Source: Acidimicrobiales bacterium (GTDB lineage: Bacteria > Actinomycetota > Acidimicrobiia > Acidimicrobiales > SZUA-35). From it: 64,000 nucleotides of DNA. This document shows positions 38,101 through 47,283 of this stretch, in pieces. The notes under the pieces are model-generated. The model saw only the letters and a list, made by a program, of their open reading frames with translations, made no database searches and was not told where the DNA came from. The stretch's first letter is position 1. Each line of letters starts with the position of its first letter. The position numbers and the translations under genes were made by a program. Where the stretch lies: assembly GCA_037969565.1 (NCBI GenBank), contig JBBKXQ010000161.1:492-64491 (forward strand), read 5' to 3'.

Positions 38101-38731
38101 GGTGGAATTCGAGAAGAGCCGACGTCTGGCCTTCGAGAAGGAGATGTTGGGCCTCTACGTCTCGGATCATCCGCTCATGGGGCTCGACGGTGCGCTGCGG
38201 CGCCGGGCCGAGCACTCATTGGCCGACCTCGACGCTCTGGAAGACGGCGCCGTCGTGGCCGTCGGTGGGGTGGTCACCGGGATGCAACGCAAATGGACGA
38301 AGAAGGGTGACCTCATGGGGATCTTCGTGCTGGAAGACCTCACCGACTCGGCCGAGTGCATGGTGTTCCCCCGAAACTTCACCGACTACGGACATCTTCT
38401 GGAAGACGACCGGGTGATCATCGCCAGGGCTCGCGTGCAGAAACGAGACGACGAGTCGAAGTTGATGGTTCAGTCGGTCGAGGTGTTCGAAACCGACTCG
38501 TTCAGTTCCAGCGCGCCACTTCGGCTCGAGGTTCGTCCCGACCAACTCTCCGAAAGCCTGATTGCCGAACTCAAGCGAGTACTCATCGAGCACTCGGGAG
38601 AATCGCAGGTTTACCTGCATCTGAGTGACACCCAGGTGATCAAGCTCACGGCCGAGTTCAACGTCAGCACCGAAAACGGTCTGATACCCGAACTGCGAGT
38701 GCTTCTCGGTGCCGAGGCCGTGGTTCTCTGA
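35165..38731 (+). CDS. dnaE: DNA polymerase III alpha subunit
   Basis: PHP domain FTHLHVHTEYSMLDG and about 1188 aa of DnaE architecture. GTG start with AGGAG 4 nt upstream; the tracked ORF starts at 35123. Confidence 0.95.
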   Translation: MASSFTHLHVHTEYSMLDGASRLDELVAKAAADGMPALGITDHGNMYGVLDFYKACRAKDINPVIGIELYQADESRHERPSRRGKVDDSGGNTDGGKKLYYHLIALAENNTGYKNLIQLASRAYMEGYYFKPRVDWEVLAEHSEGVIATTGCLGGHVLQSLLQGNERLALEKAARLQDIFGRDNLFVELQDHGIPEQIRTNPQLIDIARKINAPLIVTNDSHYTDEHDHDAHDALLCVQTGSLMSDPDRFKFSGNQHYLKTAQEMRHQWAELPEACDNTLWIAERCKVEIEFGKPQLPEFPIPDGFADSDAYLLHLTMEGARKRWGQNLTDDVTDRLVFELETIKNMGFSSYFLITWDMIRYAREVGIRVGPGRGSAAGCAVAYSLRITDLDPIKYDLLFERFLNPSRISMPDIDMDFDSRYRDQMIRYCAERYGRDHVAQIVTFGQIKARAAVRDGARVLGYPYVVGDKIAKAMPPLIMGRDTPLKYCFEKTEKYKDGYAMATELRAMTETDPDVSKVIEVAKGLEGLRRSDGIHAAAVVITKDPLTTYLPIQRKPEAGKPIEESPVVTQYEMNGVESLGLLKMDFLGLRNLDVITDSVELIEQVHGISIDIDQVDLEDANTYKLLQAGQTVGVFQLESPPMRTLMRSMAPTAFEDVAALVALYRPGPMAANMHNDYADRKNGRQDVTYVHADAEELMGETYGLMIYQEQMMRASQKFAGYSLAEADNLRKAAGKKNRELMAKERQKFVDGCEANDYGAAFGEDLFTTIEGFADYAFNKSHSYGYGFVSFQTAFLKANYPVEYFASLLTSVKSNLDKAGIYLNECRQLSISVLVPDVNRSELNFGSIPNPQASTTSAGPVNDFNAITFGLSAVRNVGESLVELIIRERRANGPFEDFIDFVERVDYNVLNKRAIESLIKAGGFDSLGHARQGLLLVFEEIIDKTISSRKEHDMGVMTLFGAMEDSTGPSFDDRPEISSVEFEKSRRLAFEKEMLGLYVSDHPLMGLDGALRRRAEHSLADLDALEDGAVVAVGGVVTGMQRKWTKKGDLMGIFVLEDLTDSAECMVFPRNFTDYGHLLEDDRVIIARARVQKRDDESKLMVQSVEVFETDSFSSSAPLRLEVRPDQLSESLIAELKRVLIEHSGESQVYLHLSDTQVIKLTAEFNVSTENGLIPELRVLLGAEAVVL

Positions 38732-38753
38732 GGCGGAACACTAGCCTTCGGCC

Positions 38754-39677
38754 GTGATCCGGATCGCCGTCTATGTGTGCACCTACAAGCGAAACGAGCC
38801 CCTCGAGCGGTTGCTTCACACCCTGCTGACGGCCGCCACCGAGGTGGCGGGGCGGGCTGAGGTCGGGGTGGTGGTCATCGACGACAACCCCGACGGCCGG
38901 GCCCAGTCGGTCGTCGATTCGTTCACCGGCCGCTTCCCCCTCGGGCTCCACTACCGGCATGCCGGCTCACAGAACATCTCGATTGCTCGCAACACCGGTC
39001 TGGAGGCGGCGGCCGAAATCGGCGATTGGGTGGCAATGACCGACGACGATGTCGTCGTTCCGAGCAATTGGCTTGTGGAGCACCTCGATCTCCAGCAACG
39101 AACGCAAGCTGATGCAACAACCGGACCGTTGCTCCTGCAGTTCCCCGACCACGCACCGTCGTGGCTGAAGGACGAGCCATTCGACTCGTTCGGTCTGCTC
39201 GACTACGAAGAAGACGCGAACGTTCCGATCTGCGCCACCGGCAACTCGATGTTGCGAGCCGAGTTTCTCCGTGAGCATCCAGACATTCGGTTCGACCCCG
39301 AACTCGGAATTCTCGGAGGCGAAGACATGGTCTTCTACCGTCAAGCGGTCGGAGCCGGCTTGCAGTGCTACTTCTCCACCAGAACCGCCGTGTTCGAACT
39401 CGAGCCCGACGATCGCTCCACCCTTCGGTTTCAATTGGGTCGGGCGATGTGGATGGGCAACACCAAATATCTCACCAACCTCCGAGCCGGCGACGCCACC
39501 CGAACTCGTCTGTTCCTCCGCAGCGGCAAGGTGATGGCGAATGCCCTGCTTCGACCAGCAAAGCAGCTCGCCTCGGGCGGAAGGCCGCAGCTCCGCTTCG
39601 CCGCTGCCCTCTTCGCCGAAGGAGCAGGAACGATGGTTGGGCTCGTCGGGGTGAAGCTCGATCACCACGAGATCTGA
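38754..39677 (+). CDS. family-2 glycosyltransferase
   Basis: N-terminal IAVYVCTYKRNEPL and the DxD motif MTDDDVVV. GTG start lies 22 bp after the dnaE stop. Confidence 0.75.
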   Translation: MIRIAVYVCTYKRNEPLERLLHTLLTAATEVAGRAEVGVVVIDDNPDGRAQSVVDSFTGRFPLGLHYRHAGSQNISIARNTGLEAAAEIGDWVAMTDDDVVVPSNWLVEHLDLQQRTQADATTGPLLLQFPDHAPSWLKDEPFDSFGLLDYEEDANVPICATGNSMLRAEFLREHPDIRFDPELGILGGEDMVFYRQAVGAGLQCYFSTRTAVFELEPDDRSTLRFQLGRAMWMGNTKYLTNLRAGDATRTRLFLRSGKVMANALLRPAKQLASGGRPQLRFAAALFAEGAGTMVGLVGVKLDHHEI

Positions 39678-39713
39678 AGCCGGGTTCGCTCCGACTGCCC
39701 GACGCCGACCGCC

Positions 39714-41027
39714 TCACTCTGACGGGAGGCCCACCGGGATCGGTTCGAGATCCGCCATCCGTTCGAGGTCGCGGGCATCGGCCTGGCGCTGGTAACGAAC
39801 CAGGAGATACCAGCCCAAGACGGTGATGTAGAGCTCGGCAACGATCGTGCCGACGACGGCCCCACGCCACGAGAGCGATTCGATGAGCGTGATGTAGAGC
39901 ACCATGGAGAGGATGGCCGACGAGATGATCGTGGCTGCCCTGACGGTGGTCTTGCCCAGACCGAGGAGACCGTTCAACGGAGCCCGACTGATGGCGAGTA
40001 GCGGTATGACGGGGACGAGCCAGCGAACGATCGTGACCGATTCGGAGAACTTCTCACCGACGAGAAACGTGAGGAACGGGGCCGCAACATAGATGACGGC
40101 AGCGATGAAGAAACTCAACAGCACCGACACCGACGCGAAACGTTTGGCCCGCCGCAGGTGTTGGCCGAGGTCGCCGGCGTTGTCGGGGAGGAATCGCTGA
40201 AACAGCGCTTGGTTCATGGTCTTGATTGGCATCTGCGACAACATGATGATCCGGAACGCCGCCCCGTACAGACCGGCGTCGGCCTCCAGGCCGTAGTAGT
40301 TCATCACCGCTTTGTCGCCGTTGGTCTGCAAGGTCGATGCCGTGACGGGCAAGGAGAGCTCGAGGTTGCCTCGTAGATACTCCGGTGATGGACGTCCGAA
40401 GCCGAAGCGGATTCCGATCGTTGGGAGCACGAAGAAAACGGAGGCGGCGGCGGTGATGGCGAATCCGACGATCCACGAGAAGGCCAAGGTGCGAATGGTC
40501 AAGATGCCGAGGAAGTACGGAATCAACAAGGCTCCGAGCCGGACAGCCGGCATCAAGATGCGGAGACGAGCGGCGGCGGCGAATCCCTTGACGGCCTGCA
40601 CCAGGGTGGCGGCCGCTTGTGCGATCGGGAAGAGGACGAGTTCCGACACGGCCATCATCGCGATCGTCGACACGTCGATGGTGGAGATCACTTCCGACCC
40701 GATCCAAACCGCGACCACGGTGGCGAGGAGACCCTGTGAGATGGTGAGTGTGAAGGTGCGAGCAGCAACAACCTTCGGGCTGTCGCCTTCACGAATGATT
40801 CGCTGCAAGATCAGCAGCGAGATCCCGCTCCACGTGAGCGCGCCCAGCGGCGCGATCACGCCGTAGGCGCCGATGTAGCCGCCGTAGGTTTCGACCTCGA
40901 GCGTGCTCCCGAGCAGGATGAACGACAGCATGTTGACGGCAAGCGATAGAAAGTCGCCCAGACCGCTCCACGCAACGTCCGAGGCCATCTCGCCATAACG
41001 GCCGATGAGTCTCCTGATCGCGGTCAT
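39714..41027 (-). CDS. wzx: polysaccharide flippase (MOP/Wzx-like)
   Basis: 437 aa with about 12 predicted TM segments. Polysacc_synt-like pattern and glycan-locus context. Confidence 0.65.
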   Translation of the reverse strand: MTAIRRLIGRYGEMASDVAWSGLGDFLSLAVNMLSFILLGSTLEVETYGGYIGAYGVIAPLGALTWSGISLLILQRIIREGDSPKVVAARTFTLTISQGLLATVVAVWIGSEVISTIDVSTIAMMAVSELVLFPIAQAAATLVQAVKGFAAAARLRILMPAVRLGALLIPYFLGILTIRTLAFSWIVGFAITAAASVFFVLPTIGIRFGFGRPSPEYLRGNLELSLPVTASTLQTNGDKAVMNYYGLEADAGLYGAAFRIIMLSQMPIKTMNQALFQRFLPDNAGDLGQHLRRAKRFASVSVLLSFFIAAVIYVAAPFLTFLVGEKFSESVTIVRWLVPVIPLLAISRAPLNGLLGLGKTTVRAATIISSAILSMVLYITLIESLSWRGAVVGTIVAELYITVLGWYLLVRYQRQADARDLERMADLEPIPVGLPSE

Positions 41028-41037
41028 CTCCTCACAC

Positions 41038-41946
41038 TCACGCGATCGCGCTCGAGGTGGGGAACTGGAGCGAAACCGTTGGGGTCCAGGAGAGTGGCCG
41101 TTCTGCGGTTGCTTGGCGGAAGTTGTCGCAAGTCAGTTTGGCTCCCAGCCACTGACCGAGGAGCGCGAGGTCGGCATCGAAAGCGGTGGTGAGTGCCGCC
41201 TGTTGCGCAACGGACAGCTCGGGCTTCTCCGACGGCCGCCAACGGTCACGAACTCGCTCGATGCGCTTTTCGGGAATGAGTGTTCGCGCGCTTTCGTATC
41301 CAGGCACGCGCTTCAACGTGTCTCTCAGGCGGCTCTGTTGTAGACGCTCGGCTGACACGTTGTTGGCGGCGAGTTCGTCGTTCCAGGAGATCGGCTGCTC
41401 GAGCCCGATGTGGCGAGCGATCCGTTGCAGCTCACCGTTCGGATCGACACGAAGACGGTCAACGAACACCGGCAAGACCGAATCGGCACCGAACTCCTCG
41501 AGAAAGGCGAGGAGCTGCATCGAATAGCGGGAGTAGTCGATCAATTCGGGAACCGCTCCATCGACTGCCTCCGAGAAGCTCGCCGTGATTTCCTTCTCGA
41601 GCCACATATGGGTGTATTGCGAGATGAGTCGCTCGATCGGGTGCCGCATGACGTAGATGAATCGGGCATTCGGGACAGCTTCGGCAATGCGGCGCACGGT
41701 GTTCGGATAGGTCGGCAACTTCGCGTAGTGCGTCGTCGACTCGCCGCACAGATCACCAGGAGCAGCGTCGGAAAAATGAGCGCCGTACCAATCGATGCCA
41801 CGGGCATGGACAGGGTCGTCGCTGAAGAAGTACAACTCCTTCGGCGAGCTCATGAAGACGCCCGGCGTCTCGGCCAACTGATCGTGCAAGGACGAGGTGG
41901 CCGCTTTCATCGCTCCGATGATGAGGAAATCAGGAAGTCGTGTCAC
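41038..41946 (-). CDS. sulfotransferase family protein
   Basis: 5'-PSB-like PDFLIIGAMKAATSSL and 3'-PB-like FIYVMRHPIERLISQY. Start set to GTG 41946; the tracked ORF runs to 42132. Confidence 0.7.
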   Translation of the reverse strand: MTRLPDFLIIGAMKAATSSLHDQLAETPGVFMSSPKELYFFSDDPVHARGIDWYGAHFSDAAPGDLCGESTTHYAKLPTYPNTVRRIAEAVPNARFIYVMRHPIERLISQYTHMWLEKEITASFSEAVDGAVPELIDYSRYSMQLLAFLEEFGADSVLPVFVDRLRVDPNGELQRIARHIGLEQPISWNDELAANNVSAERLQQSRLRDTLKRVPGYESARTLIPEKRIERVRDRWRPSEKPELSVAQQAALTTAFDADLALLGQWLGAKLTCDNFRQATAERPLSWTPTVSLQFPTSSAIA

Positions 41947-42241
41947 GTGAGCTTCAGTGGTAGCGGCTGAGGATGGTCCGGAGACAAGAGAACACGGGAT
42001 TCTAGGACAGCGGTGGGCCGTGCCCTCGTCGGTGTCGCACTCACACGCCCCGCTTCGAGCCGGGGTTTCTGCTTGTCGTTCACATGGGCCTATCGGGTGT
42101 TCTACACCGATACTGAACGCGAATTGGACCAAACCGAGTCAGCGGTTGCGTCGACCGCGATCTCGATCTGTTGGCGTACAGCCGCTAGCCTCGTCCGACG
42201 TCGCCCACGGCGGTTCAAGACGACAGAAGTTGGGCAGTCCC

Positions 42242-43258
42242 ATGATCGATTCGCCAATATTCATTGTTGGTGCCGAACGATCCGGAAGCACGTTGCTCCG
42301 GCTGATGGTCGACTCCCACCCCGATGTGACCGGAGCCGAGGGGTTCGAGTTCCTTGTCGACCTCGTTTCCGACACTGGCGCCTTTCCATCGATCGAGGAG
42401 TACCACGACTATCTCGCCCTGCACCACATCTTCGGTTCCTCGGGACTCCAGATCGATCCGGACCTCGATTACCCGAGTTTGGTCGACAGCTTCCTGCAGC
42501 AGCGACTCGATGCATCGGGAAAGTCGGAGGTGTCGGCCATGGTGCACTTCGGTTTTTCGCGGCTGCTCTACCTCTGGCCGAACGCTCGGTTCATTCACGT
42601 GCTCCGCGACCCAAGAGACGTCGCGAAGTCGGTGGTCGAGATGGGGTGGCACGGCAACGTCTGGTTCGGCGTCGAAAAATGGCTTCAAGCTGAGTCCGAA
42701 TGGAAACGTTTCACGCCGCAGTTGAGTCCTGCCCGCTATCTCGAGGTCCGATTCGGTGAACTGGTCCGTCACAACGAGCGGACACTGAGACGTGTCTGCC
42801 AGTTGATGGGGGTCGAGTACACGAGCCAGATGCTCGACTACGCCAAAGACACGGCGTACGCACTGCCAGACCCCCAGAAGCTCTCACAATGGCGCAACAA
42901 TCTTTCCGACCGCGAGGTCCAATCCGTCGAAGGCCGGGTGGGCGATTTGATGATCGACCGCGGCTACGAACTGAGCGGTCTTCCGCCCCTTCATCCTGGA
43001 CGGGTGGGCCTGATCCGCTTGAGAGCCGAGGACAAGATCGGTATGTGGCGGCGCCGTCTCGAGACCTACGGACTGCGGTTGTTCATCGAACGGGCAATCG
43101 CTCGTTTGGTCCCGCTCCCGGCCTACAGAAACTCTGTGAAGCTCCGATACAACACCATCGAGCGTTCGGGCCGAAAGCGATCCTGGCGGGCTCCCGGGCG
43201 AGAGTTCAGTTTGCGATCAGATCACGAGCCAACCGAGCGCTCATCACGAGACAAATGA
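42242..43258 (+). CDS. sulfotransferase family protein
   Basis: IFIVGAERSGSTLLRLM (5'-PSB loop) and FIHVLRDPRDVAKSV (3'-PB). Start is ATG 42242; the tracked ORF starts at 41957. Confidence 0.7.
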   Translation: MIDSPIFIVGAERSGSTLLRLMVDSHPDVTGAEGFEFLVDLVSDTGAFPSIEEYHDYLALHHIFGSSGLQIDPDLDYPSLVDSFLQQRLDASGKSEVSAMVHFGFSRLLYLWPNARFIHVLRDPRDVAKSVVEMGWHGNVWFGVEKWLQAESEWKRFTPQLSPARYLEVRFGELVRHNERTLRRVCQLMGVEYTSQMLDYAKDTAYALPDPQKLSQWRNNLSDREVQSVEGRVGDLMIDRGYELSGLPPLHPGRVGLIRLRAEDKIGMWRRRLETYGLRLFIERAIARLVPLPAYRNSVKLRYNTIERSGRKRSWRAPGREFSLRSDHEPTERSSRDK

Positions 43259-43353
43259 AACACCAGCAGCGGATGTCGAAGCAATGCGCAAGTCGTCGAG
43301 GAGAGACGGTGTTCACCAGAACGAGCAGCAATACGGCTGGCCGAGAGCGATCT

Positions 43354-43398
43354 GGAGAACAGCGATACGGAGAACAGCGACATGGAGAACAGAGCAGG
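43354..43398 (+). repeat. three tandem 15-bp direct repeats
   Basis: GGAGAACAGCGATAC, GGAGAACAGCGACAT and GGAGAACAGAGCAGG. The ATG of the next gene (43382) lies inside unit 2. Confidence 0.8.
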
Positions 43399-44470
43399 AT
43401 CGATCGTGGTTGAGAGCAACAGAGTGTTCAACGAGCCACAGGTCAAGAACTTCCCGTGGGCGGTCACGGCTCCGTTTCTGCGCGACCCACAGAACCGGTG
43501 GATTTCCGACTTCGTCGAATCCGATCGTCATTCATTCCAGGTGATTCCCCAAGCCGGGCCCGAAATCAGCTGGCACACCAAGAAGCTGCCCCGCACCGGA
43601 CTGAGCGAGTGGCGTCAGTTCGCCAAGACGGCTTGTTCTGCTCTCGAATTTGCCGAGGCAAACCAGGGCGGTGTCATCACCGTGTTTCCTCAGCTGGCGG
43701 CGGCCACCGCATCACGAAAGAAATTCAAGCGCTTGGATGTCCCGATCGTCGCGTGGTTCTTCAACACGACCTTCGAACGCAACGCTCGCTCGCTGCTCGG
43801 CAGGAAGACGTTGCCCGCAGTAGATCGCTTCGTTGTTCACTCCACCGTCGAAATCGAGGCCTACGCCCGCGAACTGAGTCTCCCGCACAGCCGCTTCGAG
43901 TTCGTTCCGGCTCAGTACGGCGCAACCGTCGACGAGTCCGACGAGAACGCCGAGGAACCGTTCGTCTTTGCTACCGGCTCAGGTTTTCGAGATTACGGAA
44001 CGTTCTTCGACGCCATGGCCAAACTCGACATGCCGGCCAAGGTGGTCGCCGGGCCGCGCGTTCTGGCGGGGCTCACTCCGCCACCCAACGTCGAGATCCT
44101 CGACGGGGTTTCGATCGATGAGATCCGGCGGTACATCCGCCAGGCCCGGGTCAACGTCATCCCGATGGAGAGCGGCGGTCTCACCGCCGGTTTGCTCACG
44201 ATCGTGCTCACGTTCCGCCATGGCCGCGGCCTGGTCATCACGGATCGGCCTGGAATCGACGACTATGTCCATGCCGATCAGGATTCGCTCCTGGTTCCGA
44301 TGCACGACGCTTCCTCGATGGCCGCAGCCATCGAGGCGATGTACGAAGACGCCGACCTGCGCTCGCGGCTCGGCGCCTCGGCCGACGAATTCGCCACTGC
44401 CAACTGCACCGATCAGGCCGCTGGTCGCAGCCTGCTGAGGATTCTCGATGAGGTCACCATCGGACGTTGA
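43382..44470 (+). CDS. glycosyltransferase (GT1/GT4-like fold)
   Basis: C-terminal half has a GT-B pattern (FATGSGFRDYGTF...NVIPMESGG...ITDRPGIDDYV). The N-terminus and start are uncertain. Confidence 0.55.
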   Translation: MENRAGSIVVESNRVFNEPQVKNFPWAVTAPFLRDPQNRWISDFVESDRHSFQVIPQAGPEISWHTKKLPRTGLSEWRQFAKTACSALEFAEANQGGVITVFPQLAAATASRKKFKRLDVPIVAWFFNTTFERNARSLLGRKTLPAVDRFVVHSTVEIEAYARELSLPHSRFEFVPAQYGATVDESDENAEEPFVFATGSGFRDYGTFFDAMAKLDMPAKVVAGPRVLAGLTPPPNVEILDGVSIDEIRRYIRQARVNVIPMESGGLTAGLLTIVLTFRHGRGLVITDRPGIDDYVHADQDSLLVPMHDASSMAAAIEAMYEDADLRSRLGASADEFATANCTDQAAGRSLLRILDEVTIGR

Positions 44471-44479
44471 GCTGGTTCG

Positions 44480-45838
44480 TCAGTCGATGATCCGACGGTG
44501 CCGAGGATCGAGCACCGATACCGGATCCTCGCTCGGACTCGATGTCGAGTCGTCAATTTCGAGGACATCCTCACGAGCGAGCGTGTTGAGTTCTCGTTGG
44601 GCGACTCCTCGCACGACCGCCATGTAGACCAGCCAGGCGCCGAGAAACACGTTCTCGGAAAGCCCGATCAGGAACTGGGCTCCGGTGAGAAGCAGAATCC
44701 ATTCGCCCATTTGTGGTGAGCGCCGAACGAGCCGCGTGCCCATGGTGACGGTGGAAATGAAGACGATCGCGAAGAGTGCGAGACCGATCAGGCCGAAGTT
44801 GAGCCAGACATCGAGCACACCGTTGTGGGAGTGGGGAATGCTGAAACCGACGTCACGCCAGATCGATCGGGTGATGCTGCTGCGAGAATCCCAGAAAACC
44901 CCACCGATGCCGTATCCAACCCACGGATTGTCCTGGATCGCGTTGAACACGGCACTCCAGATGTACGTGCGACCAGAGAATGTCAGATCCTTGCCGTAGG
45001 CGCTGGTGAGAATGCTCAGTGAGGCCACGGCACCCATGAGTGCACAGATCCCCACGGCGATCGACGAGATCACGAAGGCGGTTGTCCAGCGGCCGTTGCT
45101 CCGATGGAACAGGCGGAACCAAGCCCAGAAAGCGCCGATGACGAAGGCGGCCGACAGTCCGGTGGCCGAATCGGAGCCGACGAGAAGAATGCCGATCGTG
45201 GCGAGCCAGAGCCCGCGTTTCAGTGGCTCCTTCTCGAATGTGAGCACGGTGATCAGGGCGAAGATGAGGTACGGAGCCAGCACATTCTTGTGAATGAAGT
45301 AGCCGTGCCAACCGGGGTACGCCTGCAGATAGATGCCGTCGGAGCCGTGGGCTCGGGTGCTCGGGTCGATGATGAGCGCAATGATCGTGAGCAGGACGCC
45401 GGCCGCCAGGCCCCGTTTGATCGCCCGAATCGCCACTTCCTTGGGAACGAGACTTGCGCTGAGCGACACGGCGAAGAGGAGTGGAAGATCGCGGCGCACG
45501 CTGAAAACACCGAAGGTGGGATTGCGGGTCCAGAGCACCGAGAGGGCGATCCACGCCGCCATCGCAAGCACGGGTCCGTCGAAGGCGACGCGTCGAAGGT
45601 GGTCCCGAGGGGTCAGGAGCAACGCGCCGATGGGGAACCCCAGGCTGAGCGTCCAGAGCCAGGGTTCGAACGGATACGCCGGCCCGGCGAGGATGAACGC
45701 CATGCTGAGGTAGAAGCTGGCGAGGCCGAGCGCGAGGGGGCCGAGTTCTTTGTCGATCGGCTTGGTGTCGACTGGTCGAACGCCGGCCCGCTGAATTTTG
45801 GTGCGCACGGACGTGCGTGGGGGAGAGGTGAGCGCCAT
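44480..45838 (-). CDS. O-antigen ligase/polymerase-like membrane protein (Wzy_C family)
   Basis: Polytopic membrane protein with a large loop region. Start set to ATG 45838 (MALTSPPRTS). The tracked ORF extends to 46432 through non-membrane, R/P-rich sequence. Confidence 0.6.
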   Translation of the reverse strand: MALTSPPRTSVRTKIQRAGVRPVDTKPIDKELGPLALGLASFYLSMAFILAGPAYPFEPWLWTLSLGFPIGALLLTPRDHLRRVAFDGPVLAMAAWIALSVLWTRNPTFGVFSVRRDLPLLFAVSLSASLVPKEVAIRAIKRGLAAGVLLTIIALIIDPSTRAHGSDGIYLQAYPGWHGYFIHKNVLAPYLIFALITVLTFEKEPLKRGLWLATIGILLVGSDSATGLSAAFVIGAFWAWFRLFHRSNGRWTTAFVISSIAVGICALMGAVASLSILTSAYGKDLTFSGRTYIWSAVFNAIQDNPWVGYGIGGVFWDSRSSITRSIWRDVGFSIPHSHNGVLDVWLNFGLIGLALFAIVFISTVTMGTRLVRRSPQMGEWILLLTGAQFLIGLSENVFLGAWLVYMAVVRGVAQRELNTLAREDVLEIDDSTSSPSEDPVSVLDPRHRRIID

Positions 45839-46113
45839 GAGGGTGGTGGGGCCGTTCCGGTGAGGAGCGGACTTGTCGAGATCGTGCTCGTTGAGAACGT
45901 TGGTGGAGCACCGTACCCATCGAGGGCAGGCGTATCGTAGGTCGGTCGGCTCGACCACGAAGGTCGGACGTGTTTTCCCCGTCGGCACGAACGCGTTGGG
46001 TTCGAGCCTTTCCCTCGAGATCAAAGCCTCGGGCTGGATCGACCAGCGCTCCGGGGCACTATCTTCGATGGGTTCCGCAACCTTTCGCTTGAGGAGGACG
46101 GCCGACAGGCCGA

Positions 46114-47283
46114 TTGACACCCATGATGTCCCGTTCACGCGCCCTGAAGCGGCGTTTCGGCCCGAACCGGGCACAAACCTCCGATATTGCGCCCTTGTCG
46201 GCCGAGGGGCTGAAGCCGCTCCGGGCCGCCGTCGTCGGAGCTGGAGCGATTTCGCTCGAGCACCTGCCCTTCCTGCAGGCCAGCGATCGAGTCGACCTCG
46301 TCGGGATCTGCGATCTGTCGGAGGTGTCGGCCCGAGTGGCGGCCCGAAGATTCGATGCAACCGCGGGCTACACCGACGTTGCCCAGATGCTGACCGAGTC
46401 GGCGCCTGAGGTCGTTCACATTCTGACGCCACCGCATTCTCACGCCGGACTCGTCCGGATGTGTCTCGAGGCGGGTGCCCATGTCATCTGCGAAAAGCCC
46501 ATGACACCATCAGCCGCCGAGACGAGGGAACTCCTGGAGTTCGCTTCCGAACGCGGCCTCCGATTGATGGAGAATCACAACTACCGCTTCAACGACGAGG
46601 TCCTCTCGTTGCAGCGGGTCATCGAATCGGGTGAAATCGGTGATGTCTGTGAGGTGGACATTCGCATGGCGCTGCAGATCCGGGGCGAGGGCAGCCGGTT
46701 CGCCGACGAGAATGTCCCCAACGCCATTCATCTCATGCCCGCTGGTGTGATCCACGATTTCATCACCCACTTCGCCTACCTCATGAACACACTGTCGGGA
46801 CGGGCCGATTGGGAACGCGTCAGTGCGGCGTGGAGTAACCACGGCGGCGGCGAGCTGTTCACCTTCGACGATCTCGATGCCACATTGATCGGGCCGAACG
46901 CTCATGGCCCTGTGCATGGCCGTGTGCGATTCTCGTGTCGGACCGCGCCAGACTTGTTCTCGATCATCGTTCGTGGCACCGAAGGTCAGGTGTCCACTGA
47001 CATCTTCCACCCCTTCCTCGAGGTGCTCGTGCCTCGTCCGGGTGGGCCACAGCTCACCCCGATCGTCAATCACATCGTGAACGGCACCAGACTTGCCGGA
47101 TCCGGCGTGCGCAACTTCGCCCAGAAGCTGCTCCAACACGGTCCGTATCACGGCCTCCCACGGCTTCTCGACCTCACCTACGAAGCCCTGCAAACGGGCA
47201 AGGAACTGCCAGTGACTCCCCGAGACATCGTCGAAGCCGCCGACCTGATCGACGCGTTGCTTGCTCCGGAGGCCCGTCGATGA
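46114..47283 (+). CDS. Gfo/Idh/MocA-family NAD(P)-dependent oxidoreductase
   Basis: LRAAVVGAGAISLEH Rossmann start and the ICEKPM motif. TTG start; ATG 46123 or 46126 are alternatives. Confidence 0.7.
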   Translation: MTPMMSRSRALKRRFGPNRAQTSDIAPLSAEGLKPLRAAVVGAGAISLEHLPFLQASDRVDLVGICDLSEVSARVAARRFDATAGYTDVAQMLTESAPEVVHILTPPHSHAGLVRMCLEAGAHVICEKPMTPSAAETRELLEFASERGLRLMENHNYRFNDEVLSLQRVIESGEIGDVCEVDIRMALQIRGEGSRFADENVPNAIHLMPAGVIHDFITHFAYLMNTLSGRADWERVSAAWSNHGGGELFTFDDLDATLIGPNAHGPVHGRVRFSCRTAPDLFSIIVRGTEGQVSTDIFHPFLEVLVPRPGGPQLTPIVNHIVNGTRLAGSGVRNFAQKLLQHGPYHGLPRLLDLTYEALQTGKELPVTPRDIVEAADLIDALLAPEARR

